A DNA stretch of 62,503 nucleotides, counting the filler. It is 8 parts of 8 records of this genome, joined end to end, with 100 filler letters (N's around TTAATTAATTAA, not from the genome) between each part and the next. Parts side by side here need not be neighbours in the genome. Positions count along the whole stretch, not along the records: positions 10,859 to 31,662 come from SRR20825010_672; positions 31,763 to 37,263 come from SRR20825010_679; positions 37,364 to 47,360 come from SRR20825010_684; 5 more parts are not named here. One strand, written 5' to 3'. Under the pieces are notes generated by a model, which was not told the origin of the DNA, made no database searches, and saw nothing but the letters and a program-made list of their open reading frames with translations. This document shows, one piece after another, positions 29,966-39,523 of this stretch (positions are counted from its first letter, which is position 1; each line of letters opens with the position of its first letter). Made by a program: the position numbers and the translations under genes.

Positions 29966-31324
29966 CTATAAAAACAGGCGTTTCAGATGCGGATTCAGCA
30001 TCCGCCCCTGTGGATCCAGTTCCTTGCGCACGGCCTGGAAACGGTCAAAGGCCGGGTACAGTTCTTCCAGTTCTTTTCGCCCCAGGTTGTGAATCTTGCC
30101 CCAGTGGGGGCGGCCGGCGTAGCGGCGCAGGATGGGCTCTACCACGTCGAAAAGCGGCTGGTAGTCCTGCTCGAAGTATTGGTGTATCGACAGGCTGGCG
30201 CCGCCTTGCTGATGGAACATGGATAGCAGATTCTCGTCGGCCGCGACGTAACGGAATTCAATGGGAAAGAACACGTTGATGTCATGCTGGCGAATGGCGG
30301 CGCAGACTTCTTCCAGGCAGGCGATGCCCTGTTCCGCTGGCACCGTGTATTCCATTTCGTTGAAACGCACGGTGCGGTGGTTGGCAAAGACTTTGTTGGC
30401 CGGGCCCACATAACGGCTGTCTTCCACAAAGAGGGTGGACAGTTTCTGCAGGGTCGGTGTTAGCCAGCCGGCCTGCATGGCCAGCTTGGAGACCATTTCC
30501 AGCAGCTCGTTGTCGTCGGCACGGGTAGGGCTGTCCTGGGTGTCACTGGTGATCTCCATGGTCTTGACGATGGCCTGGTCGCCCAGTGGGAAGGCGAAGA
30601 ATTCGATGTGGCGGAAGTTGTCTTTTTCCTTCTCCACAAAATCCATGGCGTCGCGAAGCGGCAGGGTCCAGGTGTGTTCTTCCAGCCGGTAGGCGGGATC
30701 GTGCCGAAAACCGATTTCGGTGACGACACCCAGGGCACCCACGTTGCAGCAGGCGGCAAGAAAAGGATCGCCATCGGCGGCTGTCAGTTCCAGCGGTTCA
30801 CCGTCTGGGGTAATCAGGCGCAGAGACTCGATTTGGCCGGACATGCTTTGCAGCCCCAGCCCGGTGCCATGGGTGCTGGTGGCAATGGCGCCGGCCAGGG
30901 ATTGCAGGTTGATGTCCGGTTCGTTGGTAAAACTGTAGTCCTGTTCGTGGGCCATGGCACTGGCCATGGCCAGCCGGGTGCCGCCGCCGTAGCGAAAGAC
31001 GTTGCCGTCAGTGCCGCGCAGTCCGGCCATGGGTTCCAGGGAAATCAGCGTGTCGTCGGTGGGCACGATGCCACTGAAAGAGTGACTGCCACCGAAGGCG
31101 CGCAGGGTGCCGGTGCTGTTGCGAATGGTGTCGCGCACCACGCTTTCATCGGTGGCGTACACCAGTTGCCGAGGGGTGGCGCTCTGGTTGCCGGACCAGT
31201 TTTGCCAGGCGGGAGCGTTACCTGTGCTGGCGAGTAGCTGGGCGGGACTCATTGAGCCCAGGGCTCCGGTGGCGGCCAGGGATTTCAGGAAAGCACGGCG
31301 GTTGAGTGACGAAAAAGCGGACAT
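29966..31324 (-). CDS. Tat-signal FAD-linked oxidase, sugar-1,4-lactone oxidase family (SphC-like)
   Basis: NRRAFLK twin-arginine signal, WQNWSG, GGSHSFS, RFNEMEY, GRPHWGK, LDP.G...N; start trimmed to MSAFS. Confidence 0.88.
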   Translation of the reverse strand: MSAFSSLNRRAFLKSLAATGALGSMSPAQLLASTGNAPAWQNWSGNQSATPRQLVYATDESVVRDTIRNSTGTLRAFGGSHSFSGIVPTDDTLISLEPMAGLRGTDGNVFRYGGGTRLAMASAMAHEQDYSFTNEPDINLQSLAGAIATSTHGTGLGLQSMSGQIESLRLITPDGEPLELTAADGDPFLAACCNVGALGVVTEIGFRHDPAYRLEEHTWTLPLRDAMDFVEKEKDNFRHIEFFAFPLGDQAIVKTMEITSDTQDSPTRADDNELLEMVSKLAMQAGWLTPTLQKLSTLFVEDSRYVGPANKVFANHRTVRFNEMEYTVPAEQGIACLEEVCAAIRQHDINVFFPIEFRYVAADENLLSMFHQQGGASLSIHQYFEQDYQPLFDVVEPILRRYAGRPHWGKIHNLGRKELEELYPAFDRFQAVRKELDPQGRMLNPHLKRLFL

Positions 31325-31348
31325 GGGCGACCTTGTTATCTTTGTTTT

Positions 31349-31360
31349 GTACGATCGTAC
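31349..31360. promoter_or_regulatory. Perfect 12-bp palindrome, possible operator
   Basis: GTACGATCGTAC, 24 bp upstream of the oxidase start. Confidence 0.5.
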
Positions 31361-31415
31361 CATATTTGTGTTTGGGCGCCACTGCTGTGATGTGATGCGG
31401 CGCCCACCCCGGGGA

Positions 31416-31662
31416 TTATTCCGGGGTATCGATACCCAGTGATGACCACATTTCATCGACCCGGGTTTTGACAGCCGGGTCCATGCTGATGGCGCGGCCC
31501 CATTCGCGGGTGGTTTCACCGGCCCATTTGCTGGTGGCATCCATGCCCATCTTGGAGCCCAGCCCGGCCACTGGAGAAGCAAAGTCCAGATAGTCGATGG
31601 GGGTGTTTTCGATCATCACGGTATCGCGGGCCGGATCCATGCGGGTGGTCATGGCCCAGATC
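31416..31662 (-). CDS. ubiD: 4-hydroxy-3-polyprenylbenzoate decarboxylase, 3' fragment
   Basis: [36 protein letters not shown]. Confidence 0.93.
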
Positions 31663-31762
31663 NNNNNNNNNNNNNNNNNNNNNNNNNNNNNNNNNNNNNN
31701 NNNNNNTTAATTAATTAANNNNNNNNNNNNNNNNNNNNNNNNNNNNNNNNNNNNNNNNNNNN
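31663..31762. other. Artificial contig spacer
   Basis: Ns flanking TTAATTAATTAA. Confidence 0.99.
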
Positions 31763-31775
31763 ACGGTGCTCCTAC
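31763..31775 (-). repeat. Probable truncated GTAG-type REP at contig start
   Basis: Minus strand reads GTAGGAGCACCGT, cut by the contig end. Confidence 0.4.
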
Positions 31776-31842
31776 AGCGGCTTCGTAGAAAGACCGATGC
31801 TTGGGGGATTTTCCGCGCCTCTCTATCTGTCCTATCTGTTTT

Positions 31843-31863
31843 CTCGCAACTCGTAGCTCGTAG
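31843..31863. repeat. Heptamer tandem repeat abutting the rimI stop
   Basis: CTCGCAA CTCGTAG CTCGTAG. Confidence 0.65.
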
Positions 31864-32346
31864 CTATTTATGCCCCGAAGCCAGCAGGCACTGCATCAGT
31901 ACCGCATCTTCGTGGCCATCACCCCGGCGGTAATAGTTCTTACGGATGCCGGATACCGTGAAACCCAGTGATTCATACAGCGCCCGGGCACTGTGATTGC
32001 TTTCCCGCACTTCCAGGTAGATCACACTCATGGCATCGCGCCGGGCCGCGTCTATGGCCTGTTCCAATAATCCACGGGCCAGACCCTGACGCTGCCGGGC
32101 AGGGGCCACGGCGATATTGAGCACATGGGTTTCATCAAGAATCCGCGACATAATCAGAAAGGCCGCCGGCGCCCCCTCAACCTCCACGACCTGACACAGA
32201 TAATGGGCGTTGCCGAGGCAATCGAGAAAATGATTACGGCTCCAGGGAGTCAATTGCGCGGCCGATTCAATGGCCAGCACCGCCTCCAGGTCTGCCTCCT
32301 GCATGGCCCGAACCGGGCCGGCGACATCAAACGCCATCGTAACCAT
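31864..32346 (-). CDS. rimI: Ribosomal protein S18 alanine N-acetyltransferase
   Basis: LNIAV.P..QRQGL, LEVRESN..A..LY...GF...G.RKNYY, EDA..M. Confidence 0.93.
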   Translation of the reverse strand: MVTMAFDVAGPVRAMQEADLEAVLAIESAAQLTPWSRNHFLDCLGNAHYLCQVVEVEGAPAAFLIMSRILDETHVLNIAVAPARQRQGLARGLLEQAIDAARRDAMSVIYLEVRESNHSARALYESLGFTVSGIRKNYYRRGDGHEDAVLMQCLLASGHK

Positions 32347-33136
32347 GAGCCTGCATGGCTTGCCAGCTGGCTTTCTTGTGCTGCACCGGGTCTGCCAGCA
32401 TTTCTGCCAGGCTGCTGATCACCAGTGCCGGCAAGCGGCCCAACTCGAAAGGCTGATAACGGGGTTGTTCAAACAGGGCCTGCGCCACGGTTTCCGGCAG
32501 GCACAACAGTACCCGCTCGCCGCCGCTCTGCTCGCTGAGCCCGGCCACAAAGGCGGACAACGCCTGGGCGGCTTCGTCCGCCGGCATGGGCTGCTCGGTG
32601 AGAGGACAGAAGAAACGACGCGGGCGTTGCGGACGCCCCTGAAACAGGGCGAGCAAGTTGGCCATCAACGGGGCTTCGAAACGCCCCAGCCCGGGTGCCT
32701 GGCTGTCTTCCTGGGCGCACAGCAGCCAGGTGGTGCCGCCCAAGTGGGCTTCCAGCGTAAATGTGAGCCCTTTCACTTTCGCCTTGGCTGGTGCAGGGGC
32801 CTCGCCCTTAGCCTGCTCTTGAGCAGGTGTCACGGAACGGGCCGATGGCGCTTTCGCCAATGCGTCAGCTGCCGATGCCTCAGGCGCATGCTCGGTACCC
32901 GCATGAGCCGGGCTGGATTCAGCGGCGGCCAAGGGAGCATCGACAGGAGCACTTTCAGGCTCCCGGGACGGCATCGCCACATCAACAACAGGCCCTGCCG
33001 ATGCAGGAGCATTAGCCTGCTCTTCCTCCGGCCAGTCCAATGCCGGTGACGGCGCCGCCCCGGGCAAAGCCACACGGGCCACCCAGGGCGTCAGCCCCAT
33101 GGCTTTCAGGTAACTCTGGCGCTGCGCTTCGTTCAT
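32327..33136 (-). CDS. Probable DNA polymerase III psi subunit, long pseudomonad type
   Basis: N-terminal R..YL.AMG...W..R..LP.A.PS, Ala/Pro-rich linker, C-terminal SL.EML.DP..K...W; directly upstream of rimI. Confidence 0.6.
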   Translation of the reverse strand: MNEAQRQSYLKAMGLTPWVARVALPGAAPSPALDWPEEEQANAPASAGPVVDVAMPSREPESAPVDAPLAAAESSPAHAGTEHAPEASAADALAKAPSARSVTPAQEQAKGEAPAPAKAKVKGLTFTLEAHLGGTTWLLCAQEDSQAPGLGRFEAPLMANLLALFQGRPQRPRRFFCPLTEQPMPADEAAQALSAFVAGLSEQSGGERVLLCLPETVAQALFEQPRYQPFELGRLPALVISSLAEMLADPVQHKKASWQAMQAHGYDGV

Positions 33137-33156
33137 GAGGCGCTCCGCGCCGGCTG

Positions 33157-33228
33157 GCACGCAAACACGCCCGCACACTCACACGCCATGTCTGCGTGTT
33201 GCGTGTCAGCGTGATGCATATGTGCGTT
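33157..33228. repeat. Imperfect inverted array of CACGC/GCGTG units
   Basis: CACRC at 33158, 33166, 33174, 33182; GCGTG at 33194, 33201, 33209 and degenerate copies at 33216, 33224. Confidence 0.7.
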
Positions 33229-33230
33229 CT

Positions 33231-34781
33231 TCATACGCCCTCTACCGCCTGGGGGTGGGCTTTTTCCACCCCGGCTGCAAAGTGGTTAAGGGCGTTCAGG
33301 TAGGCCTTGGCCGACGCGGTAATGATGTCCACATCCGCACCGTGGCCGTTCACAATACGGCCGCCCTTCTCCAGGCGCACGGTCACTTCTCCCTGGCTGT
33401 CGGTGCCTGCGGTAATCGCGTTAACCGAATACAGTTGCAGGGTGCTATGGCTATCGGCCAGTTGCTCAATGGCCTTGAAGGCGGCATCGACTGGACCAGC
33501 ACCCGTGGCGGTAGCATCTTGTTCCGTACCATCAATGGACATCACAATGCGGGCCTGCGGGGTTTCGCCCGTACGCGCGCTGGCTTCCAGCAGCACCAGC
33601 TTGAAGCGCTCCTGTTCCACCGCTCGCTTGGTGTCGCTGACCAGCGCCTGCAGATCCTCGTCGAACACTTCATGCTTCTTGTCCGCCAGGTCCTTGAAGC
33701 GCAAAAAAGCCTCGTTCATAGCTGCTTCCGACGCAAACACGATGCCCAGCTCATCCAGACGAGCCCGGAAAGCGGCACGGCCGGAGTGCTTGCCCAGCAC
33801 CATGCGGTTGGTGTGCCAACCCACATCTTCGGCAGACATGATCTCGTAGGTTTCGCGATGCTTGAGCACGCCGTCCTGATGAATGCCGGATTCATGGGCG
33901 AAAGCGTTGGCACCGACAATGGCCTTGTTCGGCTGCACCGGAAAGCCGGTAATCTGCGACACCATTTTCGAGGTGGGCACGATTTCCCGGGCGTTAATGC
34001 CGGTGTCCACCTGAAACAGGTCCTGGCGGGTTTTGACCGCCATGACGATTTCTTCCAGCGAGGCATTACCGGCCCGCTCGCCCAGCCCGTTGATGGTACA
34101 TTCCACCTGCCGCGCGCCGGCCTGCACCGCCGCCAGAGAGTTGGCCACAGCCAAGCCGAGATCGTTGTGGCAATGCACCGAAAAGACCGCCTTGTCAGCA
34201 TTGGGAATACGCGAGAGCAGCTGGCCGATGGTGTCGCCGAATTGCTCGGGGATGGCATAGCCCACGGTATCGGGAATGTTGATGGTGCGCGCACCGGCGT
34301 CAATCACTGCTTCGATAATGCGGCACAGGAAATCGATCTCGGAACGGCCCGCGTCCTCACAGGAAAACTCCACGTCGCCCATATGATTGCGCGCATGCTT
34401 GACCGCTGCCACCGCGTGTTCGATGACCTGATCCGGTTCAAGGCGCAGCTTGTGCTGCATGTGAATCGGGCTGGTGGCGATAAAAGTATGAATACGCCCG
34501 GACTCAGCGCCGGCCAACGCTTCCGCCGCCCGGTCGATATCCGCCGCCTTGGCACGGGCCAGTGAGCAAATGGTGGATTCGCGCACGGTATCCGCGATGG
34601 CTTTCACGGACCGGAAATCGCCCTGGCTGGCAATCGCAAACCCGGCTTCAATCACGTCCACCTGCATGCGTTCCAACGCCCGGGCGATACGCAGTTTCTC
34701 ATCCTGGTCCATGGTGGCACCGGGGCTCTGCTCACCGTCGCGCAGGGTGGTATCAAAAATAATCAGGCGGTCTTTGCTCAT
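33231..34781 (-). CDS. leuA: 2-isopropylmalate synthase
   Basis: [34 protein letters not shown]-terminal regulatory domain. Confidence 0.97.
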   Translation of the reverse strand: MSKDRLIIFDTTLRDGEQSPGATMDQDEKLRIARALERMQVDVIEAGFAIASQGDFRSVKAIADTVRESTICSLARAKAADIDRAAEALAGAESGRIHTFIATSPIHMQHKLRLEPDQVIEHAVAAVKHARNHMGDVEFSCEDAGRSEIDFLCRIIEAVIDAGARTINIPDTVGYAIPEQFGDTIGQLLSRIPNADKAVFSVHCHNDLGLAVANSLAAVQAGARQVECTINGLGERAGNASLEEIVMAVKTRQDLFQVDTGINAREIVPTSKMVSQITGFPVQPNKAIVGANAFAHESGIHQDGVLKHRETYEIMSAEDVGWHTNRMVLGKHSGRAAFRARLDELGIVFASEAAMNEAFLRFKDLADKKHEVFDEDLQALVSDTKRAVEQERFKLVLLEASARTGETPQARIVMSIDGTEQDATATGAGPVDAAFKAIEQLADSHSTLQLYSVNAITAGTDSQGEVTVRLEKGGRIVNGHGADVDIITASAKAYLNALNHFAAGVEKAHPQAVEGV

Positions 34782-34902
34782 CGGATATCTCGCAAATTGT
34801 CGGGGCCACTGGCTCGCCTCTTTCGCTACCAAAATCGCTACAGGAGTCGATACAGGACACGCTTGCGCGTTCCTGCGTCACCAGTTCAGCTTTGCGAACA
34901 GT

Positions 34903-36630
34903 TTACACCAGTCGCAAGGTGCGCAGCACGGCCTCACGCAGCGCTTCGCCCGCTTCCCGCCCTTCAATGCCCTCCGCCAGGCGCAGTTTCTTGTCGTCCA
35001 CCTTGGCATACAGGGTCATGTACTCGGTTTTACGGCCATTACTGGTGCTGCTCATACCACTTTCCAGCACCAACTGGTCGGCGTTCAACAGCCGCCCCTC
35101 ACGGCGAAACAGCGGAATTCCCAGCCAGCGACGCAGGTTACGCACTTCGCCACCGCGTACCCAGGCATCCAGCCGGCGCGCCAGGGTATACAGGGTCGAG
35201 AAAACAATCAGGTAACCGATCAAACCGAAAATGCTACCCATGACATAGAGCATAAAGCCCTCTTCGGCCGCGAGCACAAACAGGAAGGTGCCCACTCCAG
35301 CAAAAATGCTGCCGAACACCAGCAACCCCAGCTTCATGCCCAGGTTGCGCCCGGCCCGACTGATCAGATGCAAGCCTTCCCCGGTCTGCACCACTTCGAT
35401 TTGTTGATTGGCTGATTCCAGAGCATCCAGCGCACGCTCGCGACGATCTGCAGTGCGATGGGATTCTGGCAGGGTAAAGCGGCTGGTACCGGTTCCAGGC
35501 TGCACGGGAATGTCCCAGCTGCGTTTCAGCTCACGCCCCTCCACCTGGCCTTCCAGCTCCACCCGCCAGCAAATGTAGTTGCGGCCGCTACCGCTGCTGG
35601 GCAATTGCTCTGCCGGCACATCGAAGCAAAAGAGGATATCCGTGCCCGTTTGCGCCGGCTGACAATACGCACGCTGCTCCGATTGCCAGAGCACACTCTC
35701 CACGGTTTTGCGGTCTTTACCGCTGCCACTTTCACGGCCACGAATACAGGTCAACCACACCTCCAGATCCGCCTCGCGGGGCAGCGACCGGCCCAGGTGA
35801 ATCTGACCGCCAACCTGGCCACCGGCGTGACCAGGCTCCGGGTGCAGCACCAGCGGCGTGGGGCCAAAAAACTGGTACGCCCGGCGCATCTTCCAGCCGC
35901 CCAGAGCAACACCCAGCCCCACGGCCGGGAACAGCAATACCAGCAGGATGGCATAATCCCCCCGGCCGACCCGCTCCCACACGTCCAGATAGGCCGGCGA
36001 CGGCAGCAGCACAAAAATGGCACCAAATCCGATCATGAACCAATGCCCGGATTTTTGCTGGCTGGTGTAGCTCCCCGTTTCCGACACCGCAGACTTTTCC
36101 TTGCTGCCACGGGAAAACAACACCATCAACCCGCCACCCACCAACGCAAACACGCCACCAAACGCAAAGCCAAACACCAGGGAGCCCCAGCGCAATGTGC
36201 GATCCAGATACGCCTGACCGGGGTTATCCGGGTTTACCCAGGCGCTCACCGTGCGATTTTGCTGGCGCGCGGCGTTCAGGCGGCTGCCAAGTCGTTGCCA
36301 GTAATCATCAAAATTATCACTGCCGCCATACTGACTCACCACGTCGCTGGTGAAGGTTTTCCCGCGATAGGTATATCGATAGCGTGCATCCACGCTGTAG
36401 GTAGTCGATCCATCGGAACGATGGCTGTTCAGGGTGCTGCTCAGCACCGTGGCAGGTACCCGGTCCCAGCTACCCGACTGCCAGTAATGAAATAACGGCT
36501 TGATGGCCACAAACACCATAACCGCCAAGCCGGCGATCAGAAAAACACCGGCGAAACCGTACATCAGGCAACCGCTCTTGCCGTCCTTGTTATTGTTTTG
36601 CGCGCCATCGGCGCTGGCCGTATTCGACAA
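34903..36630 (-). CDS. DUF3592-domain membrane protein
   Basis: W..VPATV......YSV...Y.Y...G..F, V.AWVNPDNP.QA.L, three TM hairpin blocks; probable TTG start at 36630 after GGGG. Confidence 0.72.
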   Translation of the reverse strand: MSNTASADGAQNNNKDGKSGCLMYGFAGVFLIAGLAVMVFVAIKPLFHYWQSGSWDRVPATVLSSTLNSHRSDGSTTYSVDARYRYTYRGKTFTSDVVSQYGGSDNFDDYWQRLGSRLNAARQQNRTVSAWVNPDNPGQAYLDRTLRWGSLVFGFAFGGVFALVGGGLMVLFSRGSKEKSAVSETGSYTSQQKSGHWFMIGFGAIFVLLPSPAYLDVWERVGRGDYAILLVLLFPAVGLGVALGGWKMRRAYQFFGPTPLVLHPEPGHAGGQVGGQIHLGRSLPREADLEVWLTCIRGRESGSGKDRKTVESVLWQSEQRAYCQPAQTGTDILFCFDVPAEQLPSSGSGRNYICWRVELEGQVEGRELKRSWDIPVQPGTGTSRFTLPESHRTADRRERALDALESANQQIEVVQTGEGLHLISRAGRNLGMKLGLLVFGSIFAGVGTFLFVLAAEEGFMLYVMGSIFGLIGYLIVFSTLYTLARRLDAWVRGGEVRNLRRWLGIPLFRREGRLLNADQLVLESGMSSTSNGRKTEYMTLYAKVDDKKLRLAEGIEGREAGEALREAVLRTLRLV

Positions 36631-37192
36631 TTCTGATTCCCCCGTACAACACCGCGCCCGACAGAGCGCCATAAAAATGGGCGTTGACATACACCCGCCC
36701 GTCAATCCAGCTGCGCAGATAATCCACGTCGTAACCGGCTTGCTGCTCCATGACGATCCGCCCGGCAATCACCAGCAGAACCAGTGAATGCAGCCAGGGA
36801 TTCCCCCGCCAACCCAGCAGCAAGCACAGCACCAACAGCCCGTGAAGAATACCGGACAGCCCCACATAATGTTGCAGTTGCGGGTCCAGTATCAGTAGCG
36901 CCACACCGGTGGTGACACCACAAAACCCTAGCCATGCCCAAAACCGGGTGCGGTCCAGCAGGTCTTCAAAAAAATACCCGCACAGCAACAAGCCAGTCAG
37001 ATTCAGCAGCATATGCCAGTGATTCAGATGCACCAGATGACAGGTGAAAATCCGCCACCACTGCCCCTGCTCGATCGCCCCCCGATCAAACCCCAACCAG
37101 GGGTTCACCCAGGCATGCGCCAGTCCCAGCACCACCATCATGGCCAGCACCAGGGCGAAGTGCGGGCGGAGTTTTCTGTCTCTGGGTTGCAT
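36590..37192 (-). CDS. rrtA: Rhombosortase (rhomboid subfamily)
   Basis: FDR.AI..GQWWR..T.HLVH....H..LN, YVGLSG.LHG, AH.YG. Confidence 0.8.
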   Translation of the reverse strand: MQPRDRKLRPHFALVLAMMVVLGLAHAWVNPWLGFDRGAIEQGQWWRIFTCHLVHLNHWHMLLNLTGLLLCGYFFEDLLDRTRFWAWLGFCGVTTGVALLILDPQLQHYVGLSGILHGLLVLCLLLGWRGNPWLHSLVLLVIAGRIVMEQQAGYDVDYLRSWIDGRVYVNAHFYGALSGAVLYGGIRIVEYGQRRWRAKQ

Positions 37193-37233
37193 GCGGCTGC
37201 CTGTCAGGGATGAAAGGAGATTATGGGAAGGGT

Positions 37234-37263
37234 GAGTTGAAAGTTCAAAGTGTAAAGTTCAAA
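37234..37263. repeat. Degenerate heptamer tandem repeat at contig end
   Basis: GAGTTGA AAGTTCA AAGTGTA AAGTTCA AA. Confidence 0.6.
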
Positions 37264-37363
37264 NNNNNNNNNNNNNNNNNNNNNNNNNNNNNNNNNNNNN
37301 NNNNNNNTTAATTAATTAANNNNNNNNNNNNNNNNNNNNNNNNNNNNNNNNNNNNNNNNNNNN
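37264..37363. other. Artificial contig spacer
   Basis: Ns flanking TTAATTAATTAA. Confidence 0.99.
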
Positions 37364-38185
37364 CCCCTTGTTCTCCATGGCGCCCATGTTGAAGTCATCC
37401 ACTGCGACGATCATGAAAATATCCAGATCGTACTCGCGGCCATACACCTCCTCGTCCCAGCGCATGGCGCGTTTCAGGGAGTCCATGGCGTGGTCGCACT
37501 TCTCGGCGTTGCGGGGCTCAACGTACATGCGCAGATCAATGTCACGACCTGACATTGTCTTAAAGGTGTCCCGCTTCTCCAGGAGGTCACCGGCCACCAG
37601 AGCAAACAGGTAGCAAGGCTTCGGGAATGGGTCTTCCCAGGTGACAAAATGCCTGCCGTCGGCCAGATCGCCCTTTTCAACATCGTTGCCGTTGGACAGC
37701 AGGATGGGATAGCGGGTTTTATCCGCCTCAACACGGGTGCGGAAACGGGCCATCACATCGGGCCGGTCAGGAAAGTACGTAATGCAGCGGAAGCCTTCGG
37801 CTTCACACTGGGTACAGAACATGCCCGACGATTTGTACAGGCCTTCCAGGCGCGTGTTGTTCTGGGGTTCGATCCAGGTCACGATCCCCAGATTAAACTG
37901 ATCCGGCACTTCATGAAGGGTGAGTTTGTCGTCACGGTCCTCGTAGGCGCTGCCCTCCAGGGGTTTGCCATCCAGGCTCACCGATTCAAGTGTGGTCAGG
38001 CTGTCGCCGTCGAGTTCAAGGCTCTTGTCCGAGGAATCGCTGTCGGGATTCCGGCGCATGGCCAGGGTACAGTGAACCCTGGCCCCATCTTCAAACAGTT
38101 CAAAACGCAGATCCACATGGTCCACCAGAAAGGCGGGCACGCGGTAATCCTTGAGGAAAATGGTCTGTGGCTGACTGGTACGCAT
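37364..38185 (-). CDS. pepN: Aminopeptidase N, 5' part
   Basis: TQCEAEGFR, DRPDVM, PKPCYLFALVAG, FNMGAMENKG. Confidence 0.97.
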
Positions 38186-38215
38186 TCACTTTCTCCAGAA
38201 TTCGTTGGGCCGGGC

Positions 38216-39058
38216 TCAGTGGTTTGGGAAGACCCGGAAGCGGACTTCATAACCGGTGTATTTACGGATATTGATAACACCGGTATCCAGAATCAGGTAT
38301 TGGCCCTTGATCCCCTGGAGCACGCCGTCCGCCGAGGGCGACTTGTCCAGATTATGAGTTTTTACCGTCCGGGGCCATACCTCGACCGGATAGCTCAGAG
38401 CCAACCCGTCTTCATCGACAGCCCGGATACTGTTCTCACCGTGGGCGGCGCGCAATTCCGACAAATCGTCGGCGACCAGCTCCAGCATGCGGCGACGCTC
38501 TTCAACCAGATCCAGATCCGGCACGTCGCCTTTAAGCATGGCCCGCCAGTTGGTTCGGTCCGCGACGTACTTCTTGCACGCGACTTCCACAAAACCTGCT
38601 AACTGTCGGGTAGTCACCCGGACCATCGGGATGGCATCGACGGCACCCTGGTCTATCCAGCGAGTTGGCACCTGAGAACCACGGGTTATGCCCACCTTGA
38701 GACCGGACGAATTAGCCAGATACACCACATGCTCAATCATGCAGTGAGTCTCTCCCCACTCCGGCTCACGGCAGGTGCCCTCATGGTAATGGCATTTTTC
38801 CGGGCTCATGATGCAGCTGTCACAGGCGGCCAACTTGCGAAAACAGGGATAGCAGTAACCCTGGCTGAAACTCTTGTTGGTCTTACGATCACAGTTGATG
38901 CAGCGTATCACGCCATCGAAATCAAACTGCAACGGGTACCCGACCATCTCATTAAGGGGGATGAGGGTATCGCCCACCCGGATGGTATAGCTGACCGGAT
39001 CACCGGCCTCTGCAGGCATCTTGCGCAGGCGACCGGTCACATCAACCAATGCGGTCAA
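38216..39058 (-). CDS. DUF2797 family Cys-rich protein
   Basis: CINC.RKT.KSF.QGYCYPC, VYLA.SSGLKVGITR, RWIDQGA, GIKGQYL. Confidence 0.85.
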   Translation of the reverse strand: MTALVDVTGRLRKMPAEAGDPVSYTIRVGDTLIPLNEMVGYPLQFDFDGVIRCINCDRKTNKSFSQGYCYPCFRKLAACDSCIMSPEKCHYHEGTCREPEWGETHCMIEHVVYLANSSGLKVGITRGSQVPTRWIDQGAVDAIPMVRVTTRQLAGFVEVACKKYVADRTNWRAMLKGDVPDLDLVEERRRMLELVADDLSELRAAHGENSIRAVDEDGLALSYPVEVWPRTVKTHNLDKSPSADGVLQGIKGQYLILDTGVINIRKYTGYEVRFRVFPNH

Positions 39059-39366
39059 GACTTCACCTCAAAGTACTGATCTGAGCCAGCGGTACCGTTT
39101 GACGATTTCCCTGCTGTGCGCGACACGCTGGGATCGCACGCAGTCCCCGCCTTTTCGCCGCGGTCAAGGTAACCAACCCGCTCTTCCATCGGTGTGTTGT
39201 GGTGGTCTTCGTAATAAATAACGGCCTCCATGCAGATCGACCGCTGCTCGTCACTCAGTTTACGACCATCCGGCCACTTGCCCAGCTCAAGGGCGCGCTT
39301 GAGGCTCTGATAAACAGCGGGGTCCAGCCGTTTGATCAGCTCTTCGTAGGTCATTTCGTTCTCCAA
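39055..39366 (-). CDS. YeaC (DUF1315) family protein
   Basis: VY..LK.ALELGKWPDG.KL..EQ...C..AVI.Y. Confidence 0.85.
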   Translation of the reverse strand: MENEMTYEELIKRLDPAVYQSLKRALELGKWPDGRKLSDEQRSICMEAVIYYEDHHNTPMEERVGYLDRGEKAGTACDPSVSRTAGKSSNGTAGSDQYFEVKS

Positions 39367-39398
39367 TCATTTGCTAGCAAAAAATGTGAGGAAACCCG

Positions 39399-39432
39399 TT
39401 GACAACAATAAACGATAATGATTATCATTAAC
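39399..39432 (+). promoter_or_regulatory. Sigma70 promoter overlapped by a near-consensus Fur box
   Basis: TTGACA (39399-39404), TATCAT (39423-39428); GATAATGATTATCATTAAC (39414-39432), 17/19 to the Fur consensus. Confidence 0.85.
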
Positions 39433-39434
39433 TC

Positions 39435-39523
39435 ACCAAATGACGAAGGTCGTATTCATTTGGTCTCTCTCATCAGGAGCTATACGCTCTTTTCATGCCC
39501 CGCGGTTTCGCGGGGCTTTTTTT
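39435..39523 (+). ncRNA. Fur-regulated PrrF-like small RNA (predicted)
   Basis: 5' stem ACCAAATGA/TCATTTGGT, unpaired CTCTCTCATCAGG resembling the PrrF core (TCTCCTCATCAGG, from memory), terminator GCCCCGCG-GTTT-CGCGGGGC-T7. Confidence 0.75.
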
